The notes: generated from the letters alone by a model not told the origin. Shown: positions 33,001 to 41,637, counted from the stretch's first letter. The stretch is DNA of 64,000 nucleotides from a virus (IMGVR_UViG_3300011008_000023:1-64000); one strand, 5' to 3'. A program made the numbers and translations.

Positions 33001-36000
33001 TTTACTGACTACACACTTAATGAGTCATCTAAAGAAATAACAATACTGGCATTTTCTAAAGATGCACAAGAATTTGGAGATAAGTTTGATGTATTAATTA
33101 ATAATTTAGGAAATAATTACAATGGAACAGAAAGAGAATATATCCAATCAAGGTACTTGGATTCAACAGCTAGAAGAGAGGCTTATGAAACATGGAGTAA
33201 AACCAGGGAAGTTTCTGCACGGGAAAACCAATCTTTATATTCCGAAGAACAAGGAACAGAAGAAATAGCAAATACAGTACTCTCTAATATAGATGTGCTT
33301 AATGACGAAGATTATAAGCGTTATATAAAGGAAAATCAAGCAGGAATTGCATACTATGAAGTATTTGCTCCTATCTTTAGCAATGAACTCTTTGAGAAAT
33401 TTGCTGATAAAAATGGTAACATTGATATAGAGGTTATTGAGAAAATCAATCCAGACCTTCTTAAGATGATTGGTTATAGAATTCCTACTGAGGATAAGTA
33501 TTCTATGGCACCTCTTAAGATTGTAGGCTTCTTACCCAGAGAAGCTGGTGATGGTATTATGCTACCTAATGATATTACTCTATTAACTGGTTCTGACTTT
33601 GATGTTGATAAATTCTACTTAATGAGAAAAGAAAGTAGTATTATAATGCGTCAGTTGGGTCCTGAGAGTACAAATGTTGAAAACTTTGACCAAGCAGCTA
33701 GGGAATACACTAAGAATCACAGAGAAATTCTTGAAAAGCACTTAAAGAATTATATCTATCAAAATTCTTCTAAGGCACCTTTTAATCAAGCAATTTTTCT
33801 TACTGAAGAAGAGGAAAGTGAAGCTACTGAGAGAGCCACAAAAAGAACTGATTATAGAAGATATGCTGAAAATAAGAGACATGAGTCAGTAATAGCTAAT
33901 ATTAATAGAGGTAGAGAACATGCTGACAAGAATGCAGAAAGAAGGGCTCAAGAGAATAAGTTCTCTGAGAGTCAAGAAGCAAGAGTATATGACCAATTTG
34001 ATAAAGCAATTGAGAGAGAAAATGCATATCACCAAAGAAAACTTAATTCTATAGAAGCAGATGCTGCTGATAGTGTTAGTGAAGGCTTAAAGAAAGCACA
34101 AGAAAGAAAGATTAATAACATTATTCGTGACTTCTTAGAGAGTCCTCTCAGTAAACAATCTGACCCAATGCTTAAAGCTCTTAGAGATGAGTATATTAAG
34201 TATATGTTTGATTATGTTGAACCTACTGAGGGAACAACTTATAGAAACAATAAAATAGTTGATATGTCTTGGGCAGTACTTACCAATGAAACTACTGCAT
34301 CTAAGATGCTTAATCCAGGTGGATTTGAGCCTCAAAAGAGAATGGGTTACTTAATTAGTGCTTACCAAAATCCTAGTGTACATATGACTTGGGAGCAACT
34401 CAATGATGTTACTAGTATTGATGAATTGAAGGATTTATGTTATACTGATAAGAATCTGTGCTTTATTGATACTCATTTACAATTCTACAAACAGAACAGT
34501 GCTGCTGCAACTGCGCTTGGAATGGCAGCAGTTCAGAAAGTAGCGCATGCTGTCTTAGAAAGTAATGGCTTTAGAATCAATGTTAGTGATGCTCTAGGAT
34601 TTGAAGAAGATGAATTCTTCTCTATTGCTGGTAAAGATTTTATGGGAGAAATGGAGATTGATAGTAAATATGATGATGAGGGCAATTTAATTGGTAGGAC
34701 TTTAGGAGAATTTGTGGCAATGTTTGCAGATGCTGTAAAAGACCCTGTAGCTAATCTAATGAATATAAACAATACCACTATGCCAATTGTAACCACATTG
34801 ATTAGATTAGGAATGCCCTTTGAGAAAGTTGCACTGTTTATTTCACAACCTATAATAAAAACAGTTTTATCATTGTATAATTCAGAAAATGTTACTAACT
34901 TTGTTAGGTTATCAGATGTAATTAATAAGGTACTCACAAGTATAGAAAAAGATTATCATATTGAAAAAGATTCTGTTTTAAAAGAACTTAATTCTCTTTC
35001 TGAAGAAGAAATGACTAAGAACTTAAGACGTGTAGAAGGAGAAACCAATATGCAGGAGGCAGTGGTAACGGATTATAAAGTATTAAGGTTTTTCCGTTAC
35101 ATCACATCTATATCTGAAGCACTTAAAGGCCCCACACTTGCTACTAGATTTAACTCAATTAGTAATGCCGTTGGACCTCTGATAATAGATAACCTAATCA
35201 TGGAGTATCAAGTAAAGTCTAGAGATTTTGAGAATCTTTATGATAAAGATGGTAACCGTGCTGACTTTGATACTATACTTGAGAAGCATCCCATATTAAA
35301 GAGCTTTTATGCAACTCTTAATATAGGTAGGGAGTTATTTGAGGATATGCCTGCTAATAGTACGAACTTTAGAGATATGCTAGACAGAACTAATGATGAT
35401 TTAAAGAAAGTGTTATATGGTGATAGAAAACTCCTAGGAGAGTTAAGTGACTTTTATCAATCTTATTTACTTGTTGCTTCAGGAGTTGTTCCTGCAGAGG
35501 CTACTCAAGACCACCCTCATCAAGGACTTAAGTATTATATTGAGAAATTCCCCTCAGATTTTATAAGAGGTAGAGCAAAGGAGGTCTTCAAAGGAAATCC
35601 CCTTATAGATGCAATTAAGTTAGATATCCAAAAGGGAAGAGCAGTTCTTAAAATTGATACTACGGGACTCACAACTCAAGATAAAGAGAGACTTGGTGAT
35701 GGATGGACAGATTTATATCGAAGTGGAGAAAGAGGTAGAAAATTAGCAGAACATTTATTCTACTATAATTTCTGGAGAACTGGTATAGGGTTTAGTCCAA
35801 AATCATTTATGGGGCTTTTCCCTACAAGACTAAAAAGTAAGATTCCTGGATACAATGAAGCATTTACTGTACATAATACATCATTTGCAAGGAATGTAGT
35901 TGGCAACCAAGTATTAAGTCAATTTGTTAGAAATAATGCAGATAATAATAAACTTGTTCCAAAAGTTGCTATAGGAAATAAGGGTACAAATCCTACTATA

Positions 36001-36558
36001 GAAAATGGATTATACACATTTAAAGGAGAAGATTATGGAGCTGTAAATGATAAATTCTACATTAAAATAAAATCTGGTAATAGAACTATTTTATTGGAGA
36101 GAGTTTCAAAAGATACTAAGGGACGAAGTGTATCCTTTAAAGAACTTAGTCTTTTGGGCAACAATGGTGAGTACTTTGAAGCATCAACGGACGTTATGTA
36201 TCAACCTCTTAGTGAGACTACAGAAACTAAAGAACAAATTAATGATGGGCAAATGCAAGAAGTTTCTCCTGCAGAAGTACAGTCAGGTGATACTCCTGTA
36301 AAGAGTCAAGAACCTACAGAGGAAGAACAATTCAAGAGAGCTACTAAGATTAAAAATATGCTCTTAAAAATGTTTATGATGTCAGGAAGAAATGAAGTAG
36401 AAGCTCAAAGAAAATTAGATGAGTTTAAAGCTAAGAGTGAAGATGAAAAAGCAAAGCTTAAAGGTCCAATGAAGAAATTTATTGCTAATAAATTTGAGCA
36501 ACTTGGCATAAAATATAATGAGAAGCTTCTTGATGAGATGTATGAAAATTTATGTTAA
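24055..36558 (+). CDS. Virion-packaged RNA polymerase polyprotein (4167 aa) with accessory domains
   Basis: RIPTEDKYSM...LTGSDFDVDK catalytic DxDxD motif (DFDVD at 33595-33609); NVADAQGY and ADAVKDP motifs of crassvirus vRNAP. N-terminal third contains P-loop, NTase-like, ART-like and zincin-like segments. Confidence 0.9.
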   Translation: MSVCVNTNSKEFKDTAKRLDISESSLENIVHEYMNTEGNVNSFPSDSYILSKVTGEPLTEISEKAQKLIDLKYSRPFVVDTYEEARAIANEMSQYFDPKHIGIKENHSGKYEVSLAAMKTLIKEQYKGKLIFAQSGTGKTSIADNVNLIDSDYLLGQILGVPTSLAGDAFKLLGFNEKREIGAKYRELIRQKIAEGKTVVTANLSMMSEADVIVYNESAELSNARTSAEDRANQFTNNEYQIESLNRINEFLAQNPNTEAHKLGAGQFLSSVILNDPNFNVFTDRVQNNTLNNMLNDFVHNFGINIEEYQGDIPLFNAVDRVIKARSAEDLPDAVGEAVAFMMQYNPDVKNYIAERVVEDGKFTREQMFDSKGRVKHIYNTTPFAPVKADYFKEVGKEIAKQLRRLYAEANNIHTEEIKDPFIKRIWNIISEFFNKILPRKEMVSSLSLAQERLTNYAKKTARGILSNNEGLIIASLSKPGEKGEAKLATPVNVYEAFKNNPYERSIIEKMTSEGIQLAGSTSIAIYGRVLRPAENPFHDLDFASPNWTAAQLEDMLKRQFTNYQSTNVISDDSGEVTTRSYVILNRPFSIEPSKLGESFFRLVDNETGEVLGSLNGKKTEFVSLSEGVEGKVLDFFVTPDKYAPLTYNYNGVDYLISNPKNALDAKISWMRLKDIFDFNRAIMNDFTPTELPLALREYSSEMQEIKDAAISNGTFMKAPNGKSTNLTERQWLQVRTKAFKDWFGDWERASEFNTSSSINKFNISAIDTSRVDIKEVDKAWRSDPNRKNKTLRIYIKDQHNKGYFELVKDEEFGQYSVHFKTSKEGAKYNAENTDFTTKEERKILFEELVKAIPEGAIVSTWGSLSEDGVRGLNNVGRDMLQIGTREVTLKSNGDSFKIPIYRKGSVVSQVVDNNGEPLVVYHGSSKKFREFASKYTIGEDSGFFFSSDRKYAEQFGQEMYPVFLNMRTPMVAGDIPLHRDTLYSIFAESQESVDYMNAADGIIGNDIPDGKLTPSTGFEFMVYKPNQIKSATENSGEFDAQTNDIYYNIEGKSLREFLRDKGLIHTYDPSLGNTDAKAMYVTKGDGTYSMKSIINEIYTTLRMNGISPTAVSFERTKEGNAMRVIFNNREDAILKERNKKLADIKKTVDFLQARIPALKGRVHYATIEEAENALGRKLKANENSFVKNGQVYLIGRRFTQDIAIEECLHPFTATLKYENPFLYNRLLAEARETFPKLWEDIVSNYSNKDFSVADRENELITQALARNFREVYNTTEESQRKTFVQYAKQFINWFRNLFYRVNPMTGNQIIDLDTIKPDMTFRELAELINTSDTEFSVGFEEKTRFNKERLQISDYEKEFITESIVLPGVSSETLKKVSVLWDDTFSSENSPYEEVTIPLSTWSSLAVDSPVHVGKDVSDAAKASDKMASQTSVPSLNILSELYESEYEEPFEFNNRTVTLPRSALNVAKIAKEISNNSEEYASFMDAVYAALRSSNLNLDASIISDVEAIQFIMDEMENFGDFLSLVGGEFYYSDSRQGLLFDEEGNPTEDARVDEDGLSVVKPVEVRPELSKFQDATSKMITQLNNLLDSDLMSNTEVRHVAEQAVYFLSDSITDFLENPSRVFEIFPELGVKEGKPMTAEEQQKEIERIKGMSRVELAKYLTPERLIEFTKARLFSPEGNPNINNRKLIKKAQLIRDNFDAIIRFANDAFAIVEDFAITSVDNKLSIVEDMVPTTEDYNNTNDAATILENEGSLQEHWQIESRTLDIMSLMSQLVKQALNKCFQIRINPETGVEEYVLSEFGIAERMNAKDATASILRWTRGAESLSHMLQILDSKSAENPWVKQITDRLKDNSGNEADFQSQFYGVFAKAFQPYSIILREKNSKTNEYEYKSIQVNQHPALTDAVQAIEVAFKTNNHPLFDNMKIRKDSLDTLTAITDTLFEKAKNKLEENDRAEIVDLILKAATALGHTTDANLVNLALDSNATFNTLVNKLKAISANLNAALTKENYDPFKFKGENSIGGYLRDFLKPLTEKLEETAVSSFYDSGKMYQSYVTPSYLTVMMNHFTSEDARFQEWLDTEYGQYAWFKNSDGSWRNVWLETLDGMPLESTPSQTGRKDLFKHKVQLNFNKHNYMKNMSDVEYALSIISEYFSEFNNAKGNTVPVWYRVPMMSNKPSSEFLRMYAYTGAFMKPKLVDGFSRIFQQELSRIQTVDIRDYDKKNPNFIKNFDKNGKKFMMLDFFNKYLENGSSRNTELGNLINKAIKEGTASLTSEENSKMSQLVAKEIQTSMDAKADAIITSWKSNGIFEGAKQIANVGKEDAAVETKLREFVWNDTFAAMNILELTITDPAFYKDAEDLQKRLAQIHAPGIRANVEATDYSGKRVTDGKFRTILLKDFDDFVSNIKDNLRIVFDRKLKELENSGVSKEDGKYRAAAATYENIIEQFNYINVADAQGYSSPTSYRKKAFIFGKWSRKSEEIYNKLKEGKYTYNDLQTAFQPLKPFVYGQISKPGIDVARRDIATPLTNLKVPVQFKNSEYLLIMADAILQGEDTGKPNLLRAIYEVMEESAEKDSTKGIDTIQFESTCKSGLMAAIDIKQFYNVKGGETMAKLALTQAIYNEDGSYNTDTYVYEVPFENYAIQQEVPEHFKDHYQAHGSQIRYIIPSDLESVNSEGEVVTYNYFDRGEEKRLTAEEFKAEYEENIALNINASIEDLAAQLGIGNDFISKKDRNIALSNILLKEVLSSPRYGAELAAACTVNSETGEFNIPLGDPIQAKRIEQLINSIIKNRINKQEIAGGPVVQVTNFGTSRELNIRFKDKDGNLLKTRAEWDKERQKPTGVNSTFATVAPYYNTRITNENKEDITRAVERDFKEQANRIAKSLGLSIKGIFTNTGGFQFQEGKTAGQQVRELSYTFEFNTLDTEKVDMFASLLGDLGHERQESVISYNAVDTAEEADALAFKISVNDIKGVADLIEQSGFTDYTLNESSKEITILAFSKDAQEFGDKFDVLINNLGNNYNGTEREYIQSRYLDSTARREAYETWSKTREVSARENQSLYSEEQGTEEIANTVLSNIDVLNDEDYKRYIKENQAGIAYYEVFAPIFSNELFEKFADKNGNIDIEVIEKINPDLLKMIGYRIPTEDKYSMAPLKIVGFLPREAGDGIMLPNDITLLTGSDFDVDKFYLMRKESSIIMRQLGPESTNVENFDQAAREYTKNHREILEKHLKNYIYQNSSKAPFNQAIFLTEEEESEATERATKRTDYRRYAENKRHESVIANINRGREHADKNAERRAQENKFSESQEARVYDQFDKAIERENAYHQRKLNSIEADAADSVSEGLKKAQERKINNIIRDFLESPLSKQSDPMLKALRDEYIKYMFDYVEPTEGTTYRNNKIVDMSWAVLTNETTASKMLNPGGFEPQKRMGYLISAYQNPSVHMTWEQLNDVTSIDELKDLCYTDKNLCFIDTHLQFYKQNSAAATALGMAAVQKVAHAVLESNGFRINVSDALGFEEDEFFSIAGKDFMGEMEIDSKYDDEGNLIGRTLGEFVAMFADAVKDPVANLMNINNTTMPIVTTLIRLGMPFEKVALFISQPIIKTVLSLYNSENVTNFVRLSDVINKVLTSIEKDYHIEKDSVLKELNSLSEEEMTKNLRRVEGETNMQEAVVTDYKVLRFFRYITSISEALKGPTLATRFNSISNAVGPLIIDNLIMEYQVKSRDFENLYDKDGNRADFDTILEKHPILKSFYATLNIGRELFEDMPANSTNFRDMLDRTNDDLKKVLYGDRKLLGELSDFYQSYLLVASGVVPAEATQDHPHQGLKYYIEKFPSDFIRGRAKEVFKGNPLIDAIKLDIQKGRAVLKIDTTGLTTQDKERLGDGWTDLYRSGERGRKLAEHLFYYNFWRTGIGFSPKSFMGLFPTRLKSKIPGYNEAFTVHNTSFARNVVGNQVLSQFVRNNADNNKLVPKVAIGNKGTNPTIENGLYTFKGEDYGAVNDKFYIKIKSGNRTILLERVSKDTKGRSVSFKELSLLGNNGEYFEASTDVMYQPLSETTETKEQINDGQMQEVSPAEVQSGDTPVKSQEPTEEEQFKRATKIKNMLLKMFMMSGRNEVEAQRKLDEFKAKSEDEKAKLKGPMKKFIANKFEQLGIKYNEKLLDEMYENLC
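33122..33268 (+). CDS. Possible nested 48-aa ORF in the +1 frame inside the vRNAP gene
   Basis: ATG...TAG ORF MEQKENISNQGTWIQQLEERLMKHGVKPGKFLHGKTNLYIPKNKEQKK, preceded by an AT-rich leader and TAAGTTTG (33081-33088). Confidence 0.3.
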   Translation: MEQKENISNQGTWIQQLEERLMKHGVKPGKFLHGKTNLYIPKNKEQKK

Positions 36559-36561
36559 TAT

Positions 36562-39500
36562 ATGGCAAGACGTAGAAAAGCAAGTTGTAGAATGGTTCCT
36601 GAAGTACCGGGGACTAATGAAGATAGTAAAATGTACTTAAAGCTTAGTGAGCTAGTAAAAAATAGACCACTCACAAATTTCATCTATGCCAGCTACCTCC
36701 AAGCGGGGGTAGCTGACCAGATGGATGCTTTGGGTTATAGAAGAAATCCACAGAATCAACATTCTGCAAAAGATGTTTATAGTTTCTTTGAGGTGGGAAG
36801 TATGAAGAATCTATTAAGCATTAAGGCCCAATCTAAATCTATAGGATTCATGAATTCTTCTGGTGCTTTAGTAGACTTTACTGCTGAGGAGGCATATAAT
36901 AAAGCTCAAATGTTTAATGAGTCTAACAAAGGTAGGGTTGCATATGTTGTACAGCATGGAGACATGTTTAACATCTTAATTGATGATAAAGACTCTAGAA
37001 CTCAATCAAAACAAGCTGAAGTTGGAGAAGCTTTGTCTTTATGGAGTACCCTATCTTCAGAATTAACTACTAGAGGTATAGACCTTAAAGAGCTTAATAA
37101 AATTAATCCTAAGATAGTTAATCCTGGCTCTGTTGCAGATTTTATTAGGAATTTGAGTACATATAAATTTGTTCCTAATGATGGATTCTCTGTTAAAGAT
37201 ATTGAGATGTTACTAGCTTTAAATCCTAGACTCCCTATTGTTAATAATGTATTAGCAAGAGGCTGGGGAGATAGAGCAGAAACAGCACAGAGAATGTATG
37301 ATATATTACACACTTCTGGAGCCACTAGTTCAAATATAAATTTAGTTAATAATGTTTTAGATGCAGTTAAAGCATTACCTGGGTTTAATGTAACTGACTT
37401 AAGGAATAACTTGACCACTTCTAAAATAGAATTTAGAAAGACTGATTTGTCTACGCAAATAAAGTATAAATTATCAGAACTAGATAGAAAATACGGTATT
37501 GAGAGAGATGTCTTTATCAGAAATTCTAGTTCTATTACAAAGTATTCAGAGGCAATTGCTGATGCTATACTGTCTTTGCATAGACAAATTAGAACAATAG
37601 AAGCTAAGAAAGGAAGAACAGATAGAAGTAATAGACTAAGAGTCCTTAAAGATAAGTTAGCAGAGGAACTAAAAACTAAACAATACGCTGCAGGATTAGT
37701 TGATTTCCTAAGTACTGCAAACAATGATTTGCAGCAAGTTAATAATATTGTTAACAATGTACCTACAACTGGAACTGGACTTGAATATGCGAGTGTCCTT
37801 TCTGAAGCAATTACTAAAGCTGTAAATATAAAGCACGCTTACTATGATGTTATATCTGCTATTGCCAATTCTGATTTAATTAATGACTTTGTGTTAAATG
37901 ATACTGAGAAAGAAACTCTTAGAAATTTATCTCTTAGTTTAAAAGAGACTTTTGACTCTATGGATAAGAAAGTCATTGATTTAGAAAGAGAGGCAATGTA
38001 TAACATAGGGAGAGAGTTCATTGGGGAGCACAATGCTTTATATGGTAAAGACCTTGTAGATATAATAAATATGAATGAAGCTGACACATCAATGCTAGAT
38101 TACTTATATAGTATTGGTAGGTCTTCTAGTGCTGTTATATCTATGTTAGGTGCCATTATTAGAGATGCACAAAATAACAGAGACAAAGAACTTGCAAAGA
38201 TTAGCTTACAGATAAGAAGAGAGGATTACCTTCTTGCTAAAGATGGAAAAGACTCTTCATTTATGTATGATGACAAAGGAAGAATTGTTAGTCAGTATGA
38301 TTGGGATGGATATTTTAAAGAGAGGAGTAAATATGCTAAAGATTTAACGAGAGCTGGATTTAAGAGAAATAGTGTTGAATTTAATGCTGAGATGCAGCTG
38401 TGGGAGGACAATAATACTGTAGAAGTGATTGTTGACCAGCAAAGTGGCAGAACAGAGAAGATGCCAAGATTTTATTTAAGCTATGACTTTAGGACAGGAT
38501 GGAGTGCAGCTCAGAGAAGGTACTATGAGAATATGATGAAAATAAAGGGGCAACTTGGAACACTTCTTCCTAATTATGCTCAGCATCATTACATTGCTCC
38601 TCAGAAAAGAACTACTTGGGACCAAGTATTAAAAGAGGGTTTGAAGAAAGAAAGGTCTTTTAAGGATGTTTTTGATTGGTTTCTTGAAAATACAAAGTTA
38701 GCAAAGATAAAGGAGGGTGACACTAGATTTAGACGAAATGGTATATATGTTGAGGGAGAAGAGTCTATTGCTTCAATTAGTGACTATGACAATACTGTAT
38801 TGAGACAGATACCGCTATTTTATGTGAATAAACTTGAGGAAAAAAACCTATCACATGATTTCTCTTCTGCTCTACAATCTCTTGCCAGCACTACTTTTAA
38901 TTATGATGCTATGAACAGTATTAGAAGTATAGCAGAGATGATGACAGACTATGCTGCAAGGATAACTCCTGTAGATAAAGATGTTACTGATAGACCTTTA
39001 GTAGATATTTCTTACAACAACGGTCTTAGTGTAGTAGTGAATCTTCGTAAATCTGCAGAAAGCAGTAACACTTCTAGTATAATAGACTCCTTTGTTCTTA
39101 AACATATATTTGGGGTTGAAAATAAATCTGAGGGTAAATTAGCTGTTATAGGAGCAAACTTAATTGGGTATACTTCATTAAAGGGATTGGCTATTAATGT
39201 GAAGGGAGCTTTAACTAATAAGTATGTAGGTGTTATTCAAACTATGATTAAAGCTCTAGGAGGACAATACTATGACATGAAAGATTGGTTAAAAGCAGAG
39301 GCTATTTTATTAGGAGAGCAAGGAGCTTCTACTACAGGACTTGTTATTGGTGGAGCTATAGGAGGATTACCGGGTGCTGCAGTAGGATTAACTACAGGTA
39401 CTATTGCTGGTGCTAAAGGAATGTATGGCAAGTTTATGGATATTCTTACAAACAACAAAAATAGCAAAGATAGCTTAATTGCAGAGTTTTTTGACCAATC

Positions 39501-40746
39501 TCAAGAGGTCTTCTCTGATTTAAGTGATACGAGATATCATAGAACTGTGTTTGGTAAGTTATTTGGGGCCTTTAGTCCAATGGCAATGTATCAACGTGGT
39601 GAATATTGGATACATATGCTTAATGTATATGCTACACTACTCCATGAAAAAGTGGTTCAATATGACCCAACTACTGGTAAAAGAAAAACCATTTCTGTAT
39701 ATGAAGCTCTAGAAAAGGGAGAAAAAATTGAAGGAAATAGTGAATTAAAAATAAAGGATAACATTTATAAATTGGATGGCACTAAAATAGAAAATTTATC
39801 TGATAGTTATTTTGATGCTCTAAAAAGAAGAATTCGCTATATAAATCAAAACTGCCACGGTTCTATGAATAAAGAAGATAAGGGCCTTTTGCATCAGTGG
39901 ATGCTTGGCAAGATGGCTATGAATTTCCGTCAATGGATGGTAGAGCACTACTCTAGAAGATTTAGAGAATTACACTGGGATGAGTCTATCAGAGATGTAG
40001 ACTTAAGCAATTTCTATCATAATACTGAAGTTCGAGTTAATGACAAGAAAACTAAATTAATAGATGCCTTAGAAATGGTAGACAATGGCTTAGGAGATGG
40101 GAGTTTTCATTATGAGATTAAAGCTGGAACCACCACATTAGAGGGAAAAGCTTTAACAGATGAAATCTTGGATACTATGCTAAAACAGTATGCAGAGGAT
40201 TCTGGTTGGAGACGAGGATTTAAAACTGATGCATTAGTGACTTTTATTAATTTTGTAAAGGAAAGACAGGAATACGGCACTAAAGCAAATGCTTATTGGA
40301 ATAGTTTATCTGAAACTCAAAAAGCAGATGTCAAACAAGTTATGGGAGAAAGCCTTATGCTTCTCTCTTTAATGGGTTTGGCTGGAGTAATGGGTGACCC
40401 AGATGACCATAAGGGAGAATTCTTTTATAGGCTGTGGATGTATGTAGTTAGAAGATGTCTCTTTGATGAAAAAGCAACTACTATTCCTGGAGCTATTGTA
40501 GAAGCAAAAACTATTATTAATAACCCCATTGCTTCTACACAAACAGTTGCTGGTTTATTATATCCAATATTGGGAATTACTGATATAACAGAGACTATTA
40601 AGTCAGGCAGATACAAGGGGTGGAATAAATATGGAAGAAATGTCCTGAAGTATACAATTCCATTTTATGCACAAATTGACCAATTATTGAATATTGGAGA
40701 AGAATCCTCCGTATTTAGTACCTTTGAAAATCAAATTACAAGATAA
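36562..40746 (+). CDS. Giant ejected virion protein (1394 aa), probable membrane-channel component
   Basis: Third giant gene; Gly-rich hydrophobic stretches (GLVIGGAIGGLPGAAVGLTTG; LMLLSLMGLAGVMG). Confidence 0.7.
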   Translation: MARRRKASCRMVPEVPGTNEDSKMYLKLSELVKNRPLTNFIYASYLQAGVADQMDALGYRRNPQNQHSAKDVYSFFEVGSMKNLLSIKAQSKSIGFMNSSGALVDFTAEEAYNKAQMFNESNKGRVAYVVQHGDMFNILIDDKDSRTQSKQAEVGEALSLWSTLSSELTTRGIDLKELNKINPKIVNPGSVADFIRNLSTYKFVPNDGFSVKDIEMLLALNPRLPIVNNVLARGWGDRAETAQRMYDILHTSGATSSNINLVNNVLDAVKALPGFNVTDLRNNLTTSKIEFRKTDLSTQIKYKLSELDRKYGIERDVFIRNSSSITKYSEAIADAILSLHRQIRTIEAKKGRTDRSNRLRVLKDKLAEELKTKQYAAGLVDFLSTANNDLQQVNNIVNNVPTTGTGLEYASVLSEAITKAVNIKHAYYDVISAIANSDLINDFVLNDTEKETLRNLSLSLKETFDSMDKKVIDLEREAMYNIGREFIGEHNALYGKDLVDIINMNEADTSMLDYLYSIGRSSSAVISMLGAIIRDAQNNRDKELAKISLQIRREDYLLAKDGKDSSFMYDDKGRIVSQYDWDGYFKERSKYAKDLTRAGFKRNSVEFNAEMQLWEDNNTVEVIVDQQSGRTEKMPRFYLSYDFRTGWSAAQRRYYENMMKIKGQLGTLLPNYAQHHYIAPQKRTTWDQVLKEGLKKERSFKDVFDWFLENTKLAKIKEGDTRFRRNGIYVEGEESIASISDYDNTVLRQIPLFYVNKLEEKNLSHDFSSALQSLASTTFNYDAMNSIRSIAEMMTDYAARITPVDKDVTDRPLVDISYNNGLSVVVNLRKSAESSNTSSIIDSFVLKHIFGVENKSEGKLAVIGANLIGYTSLKGLAINVKGALTNKYVGVIQTMIKALGGQYYDMKDWLKAEAILLGEQGASTTGLVIGGAIGGLPGAAVGLTTGTIAGAKGMYGKFMDILTNNKNSKDSLIAEFFDQSQEVFSDLSDTRYHRTVFGKLFGAFSPMAMYQRGEYWIHMLNVYATLLHEKVVQYDPTTGKRKTISVYEALEKGEKIEGNSELKIKDNIYKLDGTKIENLSDSYFDALKRRIRYINQNCHGSMNKEDKGLLHQWMLGKMAMNFRQWMVEHYSRRFRELHWDESIRDVDLSNFYHNTEVRVNDKKTKLIDALEMVDNGLGDGSFHYEIKAGTTTLEGKALTDEILDTMLKQYAEDSGWRRGFKTDALVTFINFVKERQEYGTKANAYWNSLSETQKADVKQVMGESLMLLSLMGLAGVMGDPDDHKGEFFYRLWMYVVRRCLFDEKATTIPGAIVEAKTIINNPIASTQTVAGLLYPILGITDITETIKSGRYKGWNKYGRNVLKYTIPFYAQIDQLLNIGEESSVFSTFENQITR

Positions 40747-40762
40747 TTTTACAAAGTGTTTG

Positions 40763-40806
40763 AAAAAAAAGAAAGCTAGTAAGTAAAAACTTACTAGCTT
40801 TTTTGT
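40763..40806. terminator. Bidirectional terminator between the convergent structural and replication blocks
   Basis: AAAGCTAGTAAGT-AAAA-ACTTACTAGCTTT perfect 13-bp stem (40772-40801), with an A-run on the left and a T-run on the right. Confidence 0.9.
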
Positions 40807-41637
40807 TTACACACTTTTTAATTGTTTTTCTAATTTCTTTGCAAGATACTGCATATCAGGATGAGCGTTGGGAGCAGTTCTTAATTCTAAGAATTTCTTC
40901 CAGTCACTCATATAGCCTGTCATAACCACTTCTGTTTTAAGGGTGTTTGGTAATATAGCTCTTGCTGTTTGAGGAGTTACGCCCCCCTTCATAGCATGCA
41001 TATATATTCTCTCAATTTCATCAAGACAATTGAGCATTTCATAATATGCATCACTACCTTTCCAGCCCTCTTTATCTGGCATTATAAAAGTAAGTTCATT
41101 GCCAAATTTATCCTTACTATAATTACAATACCTAGTTGATTCTTGGGCAAATGAGAATACTCTATGCCTTACAAGCTCGTGGCTCACACCTCTATCACAA
41201 GTAAATCTTACAGTAACTCTTTTATCATGAAACTCTGTTGGTTTACACAAATACTTAAGTAAATGTAACCAATTATTCTCATAAAGGACTCTGTAGTTAG
41301 TTGTAATATATGCTCCATAAGTACCTATGTCGTCTTTAGAGAAGTCATGGTTGGAATAAAACTTTGAATACTTATTAATTACTACATCATACATTTTAGG
41401 AGCAGTCTCTTCTTCAAAGTAGTTTATCCAAGGTACAAATAGATATACTGAGCCATGTTCTAACATAGCAGTATGCCCATTGTCAATCATTCTTTGAACA
41501 AATTCTTTACTAGAAGTTTCTGTTATTTTATTCTCTGATTTGTAACATGTTCTTCCAGCTATTTCAATTTGTTTAAAGATTCCATCAATGCCCTCTCCCT
41601 GAGGTATTATTTCTACTTTGGGTGTAATTAGATTCAT
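40807..41637 (-). CDS. thyX: Flavin-dependent thymidylate synthase
   Basis: ThyX signature RGVSHELVRHRVFSFAQESTRY; GHTAMLEH; ARAILP; LR...AHPD. Confidence 0.95.
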   Translation of the reverse strand: MNLITPKVEIIPQGEGIDGIFKQIEIAGRTCYKSENKITETSSKEFVQRMIDNGHTAMLEHGSVYLFVPWINYFEEETAPKMYDVVINKYSKFYSNHDFSKDDIGTYGAYITTNYRVLYENNWLHLLKYLCKPTEFHDKRVTVRFTCDRGVSHELVRHRVFSFAQESTRYCNYSKDKFGNELTFIMPDKEGWKGSDAYYEMLNCLDEIERIYMHAMKGGVTPQTARAILPNTLKTEVVMTGYMSDWKKFLELRTAPNAHPDMQYLAKKLEKQLKSV

